A stretch of DNA of 63,890 bases, filler included, from Octopus bimaculoides (Eukaryota), in NCBI RefSeq assembly GCF_001194135.2. It is 5 parts of 4 records of this genome, joined end to end, with 100 filler letters (N's around TTAATTAATTAA, not from the genome) between each part and the next. Parts side by side here need not be neighbours in the genome. Positions count along the whole stretch, not along the records: positions 1 to 27,308 come from NC_069007.1; 4 more parts are not named here. The stretch is one strand, 5' to 3'. Below, piece after piece: positions 1 to 11,644 of this stretch. Under the pieces are notes generated by a model. It saw nothing but the letters and a program-made list of their open reading frames with translations, ran no database searches and had not been told where the DNA came from. The position numbers and the translations under genes are program-made. How positions within the stretch are numbered: the first letter of the stretch is position 1; the number at the start of each line of letters is the position of its first letter.

Positions 1-560
1 ATCGTTCAGGAAGTCATGAAGCCATTCTCCCAATTTTCCAACTATGCCGAGATCATGCAGTTTATGACATACCATTCCATGATCGACTTTATCAAAGGCC
101 TTTGCAAAGTCGAGATATATCACTTCCACATTTGAGTGGTTGAGTAGCTGTTTCAGCACCCAGTCATAGTGTTGGGTGTCAGGCAGCAAGTCATTTTCTT
201 CAAGGAAGGCGATTAGTTTTCTTCTGACTATTTGTTCCATGACCTTGCTGATGTGCGAGGTCAGAGAGATAGGTCTGTAGTTCTTGGCCTCTGCTCTACT
301 ACCTCCTTTATGAATAGGGCATATTTTAACCAACTTCAGTTTTCTTGGAAGTTTGCCAGTTGCAAGGAAGCTATGAAAGAGAGACTGCAATGGTCTTGTT
401 AGGACTCACTTACATACTTTTAGAAGGATTGCTGGGAATCCATCAGGGTCAGCAGCTGAGTTTGGGTTCATTTCATCTATAGCCCTTATTACATCGTCTT
501 CCTTTATATTGATGTAATTGATCATCACTGCCTTTGTTTTTATATCTGAAGCGGTAGAAA
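1..560 (-). mobile_element. CR1/L2/Jockey-group LINE reverse transcriptase fragment (decayed)
   Basis: Manual minus-strand translation gives IDEMNPNSAADPDGFPAILLKVCK*VLTRPL...KICPIHKGGSRAEAKNYRPISLTSHISKVMEQIV...DTQHYDWVL...VIYLDFAKAFDKVDHG...LGEWLHDFLND. These are non-LTR RT domains 0-2 (NYRPISL, YLDFAKAFDKVDH) with an in-frame stop. The element runs off the window edge. Confidence 0.9.
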
Positions 561-1534
561 AGTCAGTTGGATTAGAAGACAGTCAAAACGACTGAAAACC
601 ACAAAATTTAAGCACTTGTCTCACAACACGCAGCCCNNNNNNNNNNNNNNNNNNNNNNNNNNNNNNNNNNNNNNNNNNNNNNNNNNNNNNNNNNNNNNNN
701 NNNNNNNNNNNNNNNNNNNNNNNNNNNNNNNNNNNNNNNNNNNNNNNNNNNNNNNNNNNNNNNNNNNNNNNNNNNNNNNNNNNNNNNNNNNNNNNNNNNN
801 NNNNNNNNNNNNNNNNNNNNNNNNNNNNNNNNNNNNNNNNNNNNNNNNNNNNNNNNNNNNNNNNNNNNNNNNNNNNNNNNNNNNNNNNNNNNNNNNNNNN
901 NNNNNNNNNNNNNNNNNNNNNNNNNNNNNNNNNNNNNNNNNNNNNNNNNNNNNNNNNNNNNNNNNNNNNNNNNNNNNNNNNNNNNNNNNNNNNNNNNNNN
1001 NNNNNNNNNNNNNNNNNNNNNNNNNNNNNNNNNNNNNNNNNNNNNNNNNNNNNNNNNNNNNNNNNNNNNNNNNNNNNNNNNNNNNNNNNNNNNNNNNNNN
1101 NNNNNNNNNNNNNNNNNNNNNNNNNNNNNNNNNNNNNNNNNNNNNNNNNNNNNNNNNNNNNNNNNNGGAGGTTTTTTTTTCCTTGTGTATGTAGCACCAA
1201 AATAAGATCATTGTTCAGCTGTGTCCTGCTGAATACCCATCCACTGAAGCAACCAAGCAGTCCAATAATATATATATATATATAAAACAGTATTATTCCA
1301 AGACTTTCCTGACCCCTCCAATGCAGAGCAACATGATTGAAACAGGTGTAAAGACCACAAACATGGGGACTTGAAAAGCAAAATGGTTTTAAACCACTAA
1401 AAGACAACCTATATACCACATGTATTTTTGCGTAAATGCGTGTTCTGGAAAGAAGGTATGTGTGTGTGTGTGTGTGCGTGTCTGTCTGTCTGTTCGTGCA
1501 TGCATGTTGCTTTTAATAAAATAAGTTTACTTAC

Positions 1535-1570
1535 AGAGCTTGCACTAGTTGTCTCTGAGAATTCGGTTGA
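1535..1570 (-). CDS. Candidate 36-nt exon, possibly a downstream PICALM/AP180 exon
   Basis: Minus strand reads ttgcttttag|TCAACCGAATTCTCAGAGACAACTAGTGCAAGCTCT|gtaagt, with a consensus donor. Length is a multiple of 3 and two frames are open (STEFSETTSASS or QPNSQRQLVQA). No homology recognised. Confidence 0.35.
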
Positions 1571-2074
1571 CTAAAAGCAATTGAAATGATAGCGTGATTG
1601 AGGCAAATTACAGCAAAGAATACAAATGTATCGTGAGAAGAAAAACAAGAATTGGCACCAGGCACCGAGCTGAAATATAGTTTATGGTATTCTACCGTTC
1701 TTTGTATTGGTGTTTGCATCTTTTCGCAGAATTCAGAAGATATCTTCATACAATAACACCCATACACACACACACACACTTATACTATACATACATATAT
1801 ATATAAGTGTGAATGTTAAAGATGTGTCACAGTGGGGGTGACAAAGGAATATTTAGATAAACAGGAGAAACACACAATACACATGGACAGGTTTGACCCC
1901 TCATCACATACTGACCAAGTATCACCACAGTTTCAACACCTGCGATAGTATTGTCCAAATTGGTAGTGCAAGCATCATAAGCTGCTGAGGTATAAATGAG
2001 CAGACATGAAAGACAAACAATACACATAAATAAATGTGATGTATGTAAACAATATGCGTGTGTGNNNNNNNNNN

Positions 2075-2159
2075 TCACATGTACTGTGTCTACTAAGACC
2101 GAATTATTCTCAAATTTCCTTTGAGAATAATTCGGTCTTAGTAGACACAGTACATGTGA
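2075..2159. repeat. Perfect 40-bp inverted repeat with 5-nt loop, abutting a 10-N gap
   Basis: 2075-2114 is the exact reverse complement of 2120-2159; the loop is TTTCC. Confidence 0.95.
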
Positions 2160-3411
2160 TCTTCTAGCACATTAGCAGTCCACCTACTGGCCTCCTTTAT
2201 ATATATTTTTATATATACATATACAATAACCCTTTGAGATCTCAGATATTTCTTCTGAATTTCCCTGATTTTTTTAATGTGCTTGTTCCCTGGTATTAAA
2301 ATTGAGATCAATTAATAGCCAATTTTTTACCCTATTGTTTTAATTTTTATATATAAATATATAAATATATATAGGTGAGAATGGAAAACAAATTTCAAAG
2401 GTCACATCCCTTAATCAAATCAAAACACTTTGTATCATAGGCATATTCATATACAGTATCAATTGAAGTAGAAATATACAAATTATGAATGTGTATAATA
2501 CATAAATGTACCTGCATTAAAACATTTGGTGTTAAGCATTCAAATTTTTACGAATCAATGACAAGGTAGGAATCCAAGCAGCGGTGGTATACAATAAATT
2601 AGGACGAATCTTTTGTGAGTACATATTCTTATGATCATTTTGAAAGATTGTGGTTTGAAATGGCCAAGCTTTCTATCCATAACAATTGACCACATTTCTC
2701 TCATCAGAAGTATGTTAAAGATTTAAAAGAGTTCAAATTATTATATAATTTCGAAACATAGAAGCGTTTTAAGATAACATAAAAATTATAAAAAGATTTG
2801 TAAAAAATCCTAAAAAATACAAGAATTTTCCTAAAATTATGGATCTTGAATCGAAGAAGCATATTGTACATGCGAGAGGAGGGAAGCAAATCGTTCAAAT
2901 TAAACCTAAGTTAAACATTTAAATAAACTATTAGATTATTGATGATCAATTTTAGGATGAGTCCATGCATGTGGAAGGTTGATAGGATTAACTCAAAACT
3001 TTGGCTATTGAAAATTTTTTTTTTTTTTTAAATCATACAATATAAAAAATTGATTGAGAATTTATAACAAGCGCTTAATTCAGACCACTGATGTGGAAGG
3101 TTGGTGGGTTCAAACTGGGAACTTAGATCATTAAAAATAAGGTATCAATGAATTAAGATATCAAAAATATATAGGAATTTTAAGTTTAAGCATTTATAAA
3201 AATTCGTTTAGGTTTCAGATGTTAAGTCGAATGAAACAAACTNNNNNNNNNNNNNNNNNNNNNNNNNNNNNNNNNNNNNNNNNNNNNNNNNNNNNNNNNN
3301 NNNNNNNNNNNNNNNNNNNNNNNNNNNNNNNNNNNNNNNNNNNNNNNNNNNNNNNNNNNNTGTAAGCTATTTGAGATAAATCCATGTTTGTACGTTCAAA
3401 ATTCTAATCTA

Positions 3412-3477
3412 GTAATTTTCTGAAGAATTTAACGCATTACCTACCAGTGATCTCATATGAAATCACTTAAAAATTAC
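3412..3477 (+). ncRNA. Decayed minimal type I hammerhead ribozyme-like motif
   Basis: Stem I gtaatttt/aaaattac (8 bp perfect), CTGAAGA at 3420-3426, GAAA at 3459-3462, UA at 3468-3469. Stem II (atttaac/ctcatat) and stem III pair poorly. Confidence 0.4.
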
Positions 3478-3729
3478 AAATTTCGTAATTATCTGTCAAT
3501 ATTTACACATATCTAACTTTTTTGCTATATCTACTAGGTATATTTCTCTGATATTCAAATGAGTATTGCTAATTTTTCACCCAATATCTCGCTTATTTCT
3601 ATTTAAAATGTTATTTTGATCATTCCAGCATGTTTCTAAGGCTGTTTTATGCTAGAAATCAAAGTTTCATAAAAAAATTCCAGTTAACAGAATTATGGGA
3701 GGTAATGGGTTAAACATAGATAAGTACTT

Positions 3730-4412
3730 ATGTCTACATGTTATTATAACATCAGAGATTTTTTTTTATCTGTACGAAGTATATTAATTGCTTCCTTAGT
3801 ACATAACTTACACGTTCTGGTATTCATCTTATATGGAGTAGCTTCCGTTATAATAGACCAGTTTAAGTTGTATTCTTTATTTCGTGTTTTTAGTTTGTTA
3901 ATGTATGTAGCGAGTGTTACATACATTGAATTTTTTTGTTCCTGAATTTGAGAATGAGTTGATATGCCCCCTATACCTTGTCTTAAAATCGGTTGTGATC
4001 CTTAAGTATACCTTGTTTGGTTCATTAATGGTTGTGACCTCAACCTTGTATACTACATTTTTCCTTAAACAAGACTGGAACTCTTTGAGAATAAAGTTAT
4101 TGTAGGTATCAATTGGTAATGAATATAGATTTCTGGTTTTATCTGAAAGAACATGGATACAGCTTCTCCTTTATACGGTTAGAGGTTTTCATGAATTTTA
4201 AATTTTTCACCAAGTAAATGAGATCTTTTTTCAAAGTTCAACAGTGCAGGATTATGGGGTGGATTTTTATAAGTCTTAAGATTATAGTTGTTCGAATTAT
4301 AATTAATTTGCTTTCCATCTCAATCTTTTAATGAATTCATTAGTTCTTTGTAGTAGTAAATCCATGTATACTCCCTTAGGTACAACTAGAATATTTTTCG
4401 TAGACAGACCAG
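3730..4412 (-). mobile_element. Penelope-like element remnant: N-terminal region joined to C-terminal GIY-YIG, RT core absent
   Basis: Minus translation: TKNILVVPKGVYMDLLLQRTNEFIKRLRWKA...SDKTRNLY (PLE N-terminal motifs), then CLRKNVVYKVEV...KVYLRITTDFKTRY and NWSII...CKLCTKEAINIL (GIY-YIG and its C-terminal CxLC). Confidence 0.75.
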
Positions 4413-4453
4413 GAAAATGTCGCTCTATAAGTTGACACTTCTCTTAATTATTC

Positions 4454-4511
<58 letters not shown>

Positions 4512-5034
4512 CATTGAGAGGAGAGAAACACAGAAAAGGAGACAGATGATGCAGATGTATATATATATATATGTGATATATAAATCAAGATACACACGTG
4601 TATAATATAACGTGTGAGTGTGTGTATATATATATATATGTATAAGCATACAAAGATACAAGTATCTGGTACACATTTTTCTTCCTCCTTTTTATATGTA
4701 TGCATAAATATGCAGGCATGACTGAGATTACAAAGTTTATTTCACAATAACATGGTTTTGAGTTGAGTCTCTCTGAGTGGTACCTTGGGCAAGTGTTTCT
4801 CTGAATGGTAATCATTTATAATCAATGTGCAAATGTCAAGACACACACAACACATGTATATACACATATATGATGAGCTTCTATATAGTTTCCATCAACC
4901 AAATTCACGTAAAAGGCCTTCACCGGCCTGGAACTATTGCAGAAGACACTTACTCCAGGTGCCATCCAGTTGGACAGAACCTGAAACCAAACCATGTGAC
5001 TGAAAAGAAAAACTGTTAACCACATACACTGATG

Positions 5035-5086
<52 letters not shown>

Positions 5087-5285
5087 CTTAAAGGGTTTTA
5101 CTCGAAGGGAACAACTCAAGAACTTTGTAAGCCTAGTACTTAAACGCACCAGCATTAGTTGCCAAGCGATGGCAGGGTTGACAAACACAGGCACACATAC
5201 ACAAATACATTATATATATATATATATATACATTATATAAAAAATATATACATATACATTATATAAAATATATATATATATATAT

Positions 5286-5450
5286 AGCAATCCATCAACT
5301 ATCGCAGGTGTTACGTTCCAAAAACTCTCGCGATAGGTGAAAATCTGCAAAGTAGAAACAGTACTGTACATTTCTTTTATTATTATTTTTATAATTTGTA
5401 TATATTTATTTTATTATAAATGCAAAACAACACCACACACTCGCCTCCCG
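5286..5450 (-). mobile_element. Partial pogo/Tigger-like MITE, same family as 24801-25023
   Basis: Aligns to the reverse complement of 24950-25023 (caatccatcaactatcgcagg...gtagaaacagtactgtac); follows a TA microsatellite. Confidence 0.65.
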
Positions 5451-5709
5451 TGTTTTGTTTTCCATACAGTATGTGTGATTCTTTGGTTACTCATCTATGG
5501 TACACTACGTATTTTCTTTTAATATATTTCAATTAATGTGTTATACAGTGCAGTCCTGCAGCATGTCAAATCCTGTCAAAGAGTCCAACTCATGCCAGGA
5601 TAGAAAATAAACATTAAAGGATGATGATAAGAGAAGGTCTTTGAAGAAAATTGGGCTTGTTTTCCAGTAGGTCAAGCAACCATACAGATTCATGTTATTG
5701 GAACATTGT

Positions 5710-5749
<40 letters not shown>

Positions 5750-6017
5750 TAGAGAGGAGAAAGTTAATCTAATGAAGCGCTATACTGGTATGTAGCTGGT
5801 CTAGGGAGATGCTATGTATGTATGTAGTTAATTTGAGTCGTACACAGCTGGTATGAAGTGGTGCTATGTTCATATGCAGTTCATCTATAGTTGTTCTACA
5901 TTTGTAGGCAGCTGGTCTAAGAATGTTTTTTGATTGTATGTAGCTGATATGAAGAGATGCTATGATTGTATGCAGTTTATTTAAGGATGTTCACATAGCT
6001 GTTTTGTTTGTGCACAC

Positions 6018-6150
6018 TCTGCTCAAACATCACACACTGCTCAGCTCAAACATCACACACTGCTCAGTTTAAACATTACATGTTGCCCTTCTCAAACATC
6101 ACACACTGCCCAGCTCAAACACCACATGCTGCTCAGCTCAATCGTCACAT
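6018..6150. repeat. Degenerate ~23-bp minisatellite (gctcagctcaaacatcacacact)
   Basis: About 5 imperfect units visible directly. Confidence 0.75.
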
Positions 6151-7119
6151 ATTGCTCTCCACAAATGTCACACATAACCCTAACACAGCACATATAGGGA
6201 CGTGCTATATTACTGTGCACTATGTTTGCAATGTGCAGCTGATCAAAGGATGTGCAATGAACTTTGGTGTGCAAATTGATTTAATGATTTTCTGTGTTTG
6301 TGCGCAGTAGATCTAAGAACCTGCTCTGTTGGTGGCATGCAACTGATCCAAACCCATGCTATGTTCATGACGTACAGCCAATCAAAAAAAATGCACTATG
6401 TACATGTGCATCTTGTTATCATACTGAATACAATAGCTAAATCATTCAAGTGTGAAATTCTCTGTATTGTCGTTAACTTGTGTAGGTTGATTGATACCTA
6501 GCTGCAGCGAAAAGTAAAAAAAAAGAAGAAAAATACAAGCAATAATATATCAATAAATTGATTTTTAACAGTGGCTTTAATCGATTGTGAAGGCACAAGG
6601 ACATGGTTTCAATTCCCAAACCAGGCAGTGTACTGTGTACCTGAACCAAACATTTCATTTCATGTTGCTCAAGTCCACTCGGCAATAAATAAGTGATTCT
6701 GTGACCTGTAATTCAAGGGAGTGGGGGCAGGGGAATGCTGTGATCTCAATTACTTTATTCAATATGGAATCCAGGTTACAGACTCCAGTGATTCCTAGGA
6801 CACAAGCCAAAATGTAATGTCTGTGTCTATAGTCAATTAAACTGACCCTGGTACATTACTGGTACTTTATTTTACAAACCTGCCTACCACCAACATTCCA
6901 CTCAACGCCGGAAGGACAAAAGTCGATTGATGAGATCAATACACTGACAGACACTTAGGGATCAATATTTATCGAGGAAAAAAAGAAAATGAATTTTGAA
7001 TATAGATCGAGAGCTTAGGAAATGGATTATCCAGTCAGTGGTGAGTGACTGGTGTTTGTTCATCCAGTACCTTGAATTTAACATCATCACACATTGTCAC
7101 CATGTCAACAGTTACCGTC

Positions 7120-7735
7120 ATGGTAGGTCATGACGGTGATGATGATGATGATGATTTGGGTGGTGGTGGTGATGATGGTGGTGGTGATGATGGTGGTGGT
7201 GGTGATGGTGGTGGTGGTGGTGATGGTGGTGGTGATGATGGTGGTGGTGNNNNNNNNNNNNNNNNNNNNNNNNNNNNNNNNNNNNNNNNNNNNNNNNNNN
7301 NNNNNNNNNNNNNNNNNNNNNNNNNNNNNNNNNNNNNNNNNNNNNNNNNNNNNNNNNNNNNNNNNNNNNNNNNNNNNNNNNNNNNNNNNNNNNNNNNNNN
7401 NNNNNNNNNNNNNNNNNNNNNNNAGTGGTGGTGGTGGTGGTAGTGGTGGTGGTGGTGGTGGTGGTGGTGATGATGGTGGTGGTGATGGGGGGGTTTAATG
7501 ATGGTGGGAGTCATAGTGATAATGTAAATGATGATAGTGATGACAATGATGTGGGTGGTAGTAGTGATGATGATAATGATGATGATGGTGGGGAAAGTGA
7601 GGATGTTCTTGATTGCAGTAGCAGTGGTGTTGATGACGATGATGTGATGGTGGTAATGTTGGTGATGACAATGACGGTGGTGGTGGTAGTGGTGGTGGTT
7701 GTAGTGATGGTGAGGATATTGATGATAATCAATGC
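7120..7735. repeat. (GGT/GAT)n trinucleotide low-complexity tract with internal gap
   Basis: Direct reading; explains the poly-G/V/H/P ORFs. Confidence 0.9.
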
Positions 7736-7799
7736 CAGTGGGGCCGATAAGAGCTGGTAATGAAGAGAGAAACCCAACAGAGGAGAAAATGTCTTGCAC

Positions 7800-8042
7800 C
7801 CTTTTAAAGCCTAGCCAGGCTCTTGGGCCCGGTTTCCCGGTTTCTATGGCGTATGTGTTCCCCAGCTGGACGGGACGCCAGTCCATCGCAGCGTTACTCA
7901 TTTTTGCCAGCTGAGTGGACTGGAGCAACGTGAAATGAAGTGTTCTGCTCAAAAACACAACGCACCGCCCTGACCAGGAATTGAAACCACAATCTTACCA
8001 TCATGATGCTGACACCTTAACCACTAAGCCACGCACCTCCAC
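7800..8042 (-). mobile_element. tRNA-derived SINE (related copies at about 20870-21317 and 26470-26790)
   Basis: The right end, read on the minus strand, has Pol III A box (tggcttagtgg) and B box (ggtttcaattcc) motifs. The body motif agctgagtggactggagcaacgtgaaat...cttgctcaa recurs at about 26670-26720. Confidence 0.75.
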
Positions 8043-8780
8043 TGTATGTGACACATACCTACAAATTATTTTAAATTTCACCCAGGCCCTCTTTCATTAG
8101 GCCCTCCTTTAAATGTGAAGCTAAAAGAGTTTCAAAGAGCNNNNNNNNNNNNNNNNNNNNNNNNNNNNNNNNNNNNNNNNNNNNNNNNNNNNNNNNNNNN
8201 NNNNNNNNNNNNNNNNNNNNNNNNNNNNNNNNNNNNNNNNNNNNNNNNNNNNNNNNNNNNNNNNNNNNNNNNNNNNNNNNNNNNNNNNNNNNNNNNNNNN
8301 NNNNNNNNNNNNNNNNNNNNNNNNNNNNNNNNNNNNNNNNNNNNNNNNNNNNNNNNNNNNNNNNNNNNNNNNNNNNNNNNNNNNNNNNNNNNNNNNNNNN
8401 NNNNNNNNNNNNNNNNNNNNNNNNNNNNNNNNNNNNNNNNNNNNNNNNNNNNNNNNNNNNNNNNNNNNNNNNNNNNNNNNNNNNNNNNNNNNNNNNNNNN
8501 NNNNNNNNNNNNNNNNNNNNNNNNNNNNNNNNNNNNNNNNNNNNNNNNNNNNNNNNNNNNNNNNNNNNNNNNNNNNNNNNNNNNNNNNNNNNNNNNNNNN
8601 NNNNNNNNNNNNNNNNNNNNNNNNNNNNNNNNNNNNNNNNNNNNNNNNNNNNNNNNNNNNNNNNNNNNNNNNNNNNNNNNNNNNNNNNNNNNNNNNNNNN
8701 NNNNNNNNNNNNNNNNNNNNNNNNNNNNNNNNNNNNNNNNNNNNNNNNNNNNNNNNNNNNNNNNNNNNNNNNNNNNNNNN

Positions 8781-9255
8781 GAGACAGAAAGAAGAGCAGG
8801 AGGAGAGGGAGGAGTGGGGGTATAGAGAGTAGCAGAGGGTAGCGAAGGAGTAGGGGGTGGAGGAGTGGGTGGAGCTAGGATAGGAGTGGGGCAGAGAGAG
8901 AGACAAAGAAGAGCAAAGGGTAGAGGGAAGAGCAAGAGGAGGGTGGGGCAGAAAGAGATATGCATAGAAGAGGGAGGAATAGAATGAAGAGAGGAGGAGA
9001 GAGAGAGGATCAAGGTTAGAAAGAGAGGGATAGGGGAAGAGGTGCAGAGAGAGAGAGAGAGAGAGAAAGGGAAGAGCAAAGAGGAAGGTGTAGAGAGAGA
9101 GGAAAAGAACAAATAGGGAAGAAGAGGTAAAGAGGTAAAGGGAATAGAGAGAGGAGGAGGAGTGGAGAGAGGGAGAGAGAGAGAAAAAGACTGAGATAGA
9201 GACCAGGGTGGAAGAGAGAATCTGGTACCCACACATCAGAGACAGAGAGAGACTA
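8781..9255. repeat. Purine-rich (GA/GGA) low-complexity tract
   Basis: Direct reading. Confidence 0.85.
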
Positions 9256-10457
9256 ACACCAAAGATATAGAATTTCTAGAACAAAATACAAGAATAATCC
9301 CTTTAACTCTTGTCATTGGATTGGATTGGATCCCATTGGATCCTATGAAGGCCTCAGCATGTTCTCTCCACCAACCATAGTTCAATACAAAGGCCATGAT
9401 CCTGAATTTGAGAGATCATACTGGTTTGATCATCCTACACTACAACACTGGCTCAACACGTCAGCCCTTATGTTGTACCTATTTTATGTTCAAACTGGAC
9501 AGACCTGGCCTTTTACATATGTACCCTACAAAACAAAATAAGTACTGGGGTTTATTTGTTTGACTGAAATTCTTCAAGGTGGTGCCCCAGCATAACGACA
9601 ATCTAATGATGAAACAAGTTAAAAAAAAAAATTTTTTTAAAGACCAGTTCGAATATGTTTGAGAGGTGTTTGAACCTGTAAAGGTTTTTCACTGCAGTCT
9701 GTCATGGAGAAAAGTTCTCATTTAAGACAAACAGGTCGCAGAACAAGACAGTCAGCTTAGAGCACCTACTGGATTGATGGATGCATTTCACCCTCTTTAG
9801 TTTTCTTCAGGAGCAGATACCAAAGAGAGGTAACTCTGAATTGGCTAGAAAGTAAAGCTTCCTTTATAAGAAATCAATCAATATTATTTATAGATGGCAC
9901 ACATCAGCTACCAGACCAGAACAAAATCAGGAGTAGATGAGTGAAGCAGTGACTGAGTGTAAACAAACTTAAGTTAAGGTCAAATACATTTGAAATATCT
10001 TTGAACCTGAGAAGGTTTTCCATTGCAGCTTGTCATAAAGAATGCATTTCCTTGTTTTGACATCACATGATAGTTATATACGTGTGTCGCTATCATACAA
10101 ACTGTATCATTCATTTTCAATATTTTCTTCAAGAACATGTCTCATCATAGGGAAATATTACCTTGCTTGGAAATAGGTGTGGTTTGGCAACAGGAACAGC
10201 ACCCAGACACCGAAAATCTCCCACAAAAAAACACCATCTGACCAATGCAAACATGAGAAAGTGGACATTAAACTAATGATTATGTTTGAGTAAACTTTTA
10301 CAAAACAATGATTAATGACAAAAGTCAGCTAGCCAAAACTTCACAGTCACTGTCAGATTTTTCCTTATAAAACTTTATATGTATTTTACTAAAAAAGTAT
10401 TGAGTAATCTTTCAGTTTAATGCCAAATTAGTTTTATATATGACTTGACATAGAAAC

Positions 10458-10498
<41 letters not shown>

Positions 10499-10800
10499 CA
10501 AGTTTCTAGTTTCCGTCTNNNNNNNNNNNNNNNNNNNNNNNNNNNNNNNNNNNNNNNNNNNNNNNNNNNNNNNNNNNNNNNNNNNNNNNNNNNNNNNNNN
10601 NNNNNNNNNNNNNNNNNNNNNNNNNNNNNNNNNNNNNNNNNNNNNNNNNNNNNNNNNNNNNNNNNNNNNNNNNNNNNNNNNNNNNNNNNNNNNNNNNNNN
10701 NNNNNNNNNNNNNNNNNNNNNNNNNNNNNNNNNNNNNNNNNNNNNNNNNNNNNNNNNNNNNNNNNNNNNTATATATATATATATATATATATATCTCATA

Positions 10801-11594
10801 TGAGGTCTGATCAATAAGTATCCGGACTGTTGCCATAGTAACGAAGCTAAAACATGCAGAGTGAAGCTGCTTGGCACAGATTGTGCCTTGAACTCTGCTG
10901 TGCATGCACACTAAGTTTTAACGTTCTAGCTCACTTCCGCTGTTTACAGCAGTGCTTGGAAGGAACATGTGTAGTGTGTGTTGTCATGGCAATACCTGCT
11001 CAGAGGCCTACACAAAGTCGCAGAAAGTGTGTGGAGAGGAGTGTATGAGCCGCACACAAGTGTACAAGTGGTTCAGACATTTCAAAGATGGCCGAAAAAA
11101 CGTCAATACTGACGAATGTTCTGGGAGACCTGCAACCAGCAGAGCTGAGAAAAACATCGCATATGTGCATGCAGCTGTGAGGGAATCACCATCCATGGGT
11201 TAACAGAGGATGTGCAGATTAGTTACGGTTCAGTTCAGCCCATTATCACTGAAGATTTCGGTATGAGATGAGTGTCTGCCAAGCTTATGCCAAAACTGCT
11301 TTCAGCAGACCAAAAGGATACTCGGGTCTCAATTGCACAAGATCTCCTTGATTGTGTCGAGAACGATGAAAACTATTTGAAAACTTTGCATTCGCAAAGC
11401 TTGATGCATTCGCAAAGCTTGATGCATATTCTCTGCTCAACTCTGTCATGTTCATTGCGGTGAGGACACGCTACACACTTTCCTTCCAAACACTGCTGCA
11501 AACAGCAGAAGTGAGCTAGGACTTAATGCGCTTGCACAGCAGTGTTCAAGGTCAATCTGTGCCAACAGTCCAGATACTTATTGATCTGGCCACA
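10801..11594 (+). mobile_element. Internally deleted mariner-family element with long imperfect inverted ends
   Basis: TA|tgaggtctgatcaataagtatccggactgttg ... caacagtccagatacttattgatctggccaca|TA. The transposase N-terminal HTH segment is present (CGEECMSRTQVYKWFRHFKDGR...SGRP...VSAKLMPKLLSADQK); there is no DDD domain. Confidence 0.85.
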
Positions 11595-11602
11595 TACACA
11601 CA

Positions 11603-11644
<42 letters not shown>

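Noticed and set aside
9775-9816. Minus-strand CTGAAGA...GAAA-TGCA-TC hammerhead-like string
   Set aside because: Stem I does not form and stem II pairs at only 3 of 5 positions.
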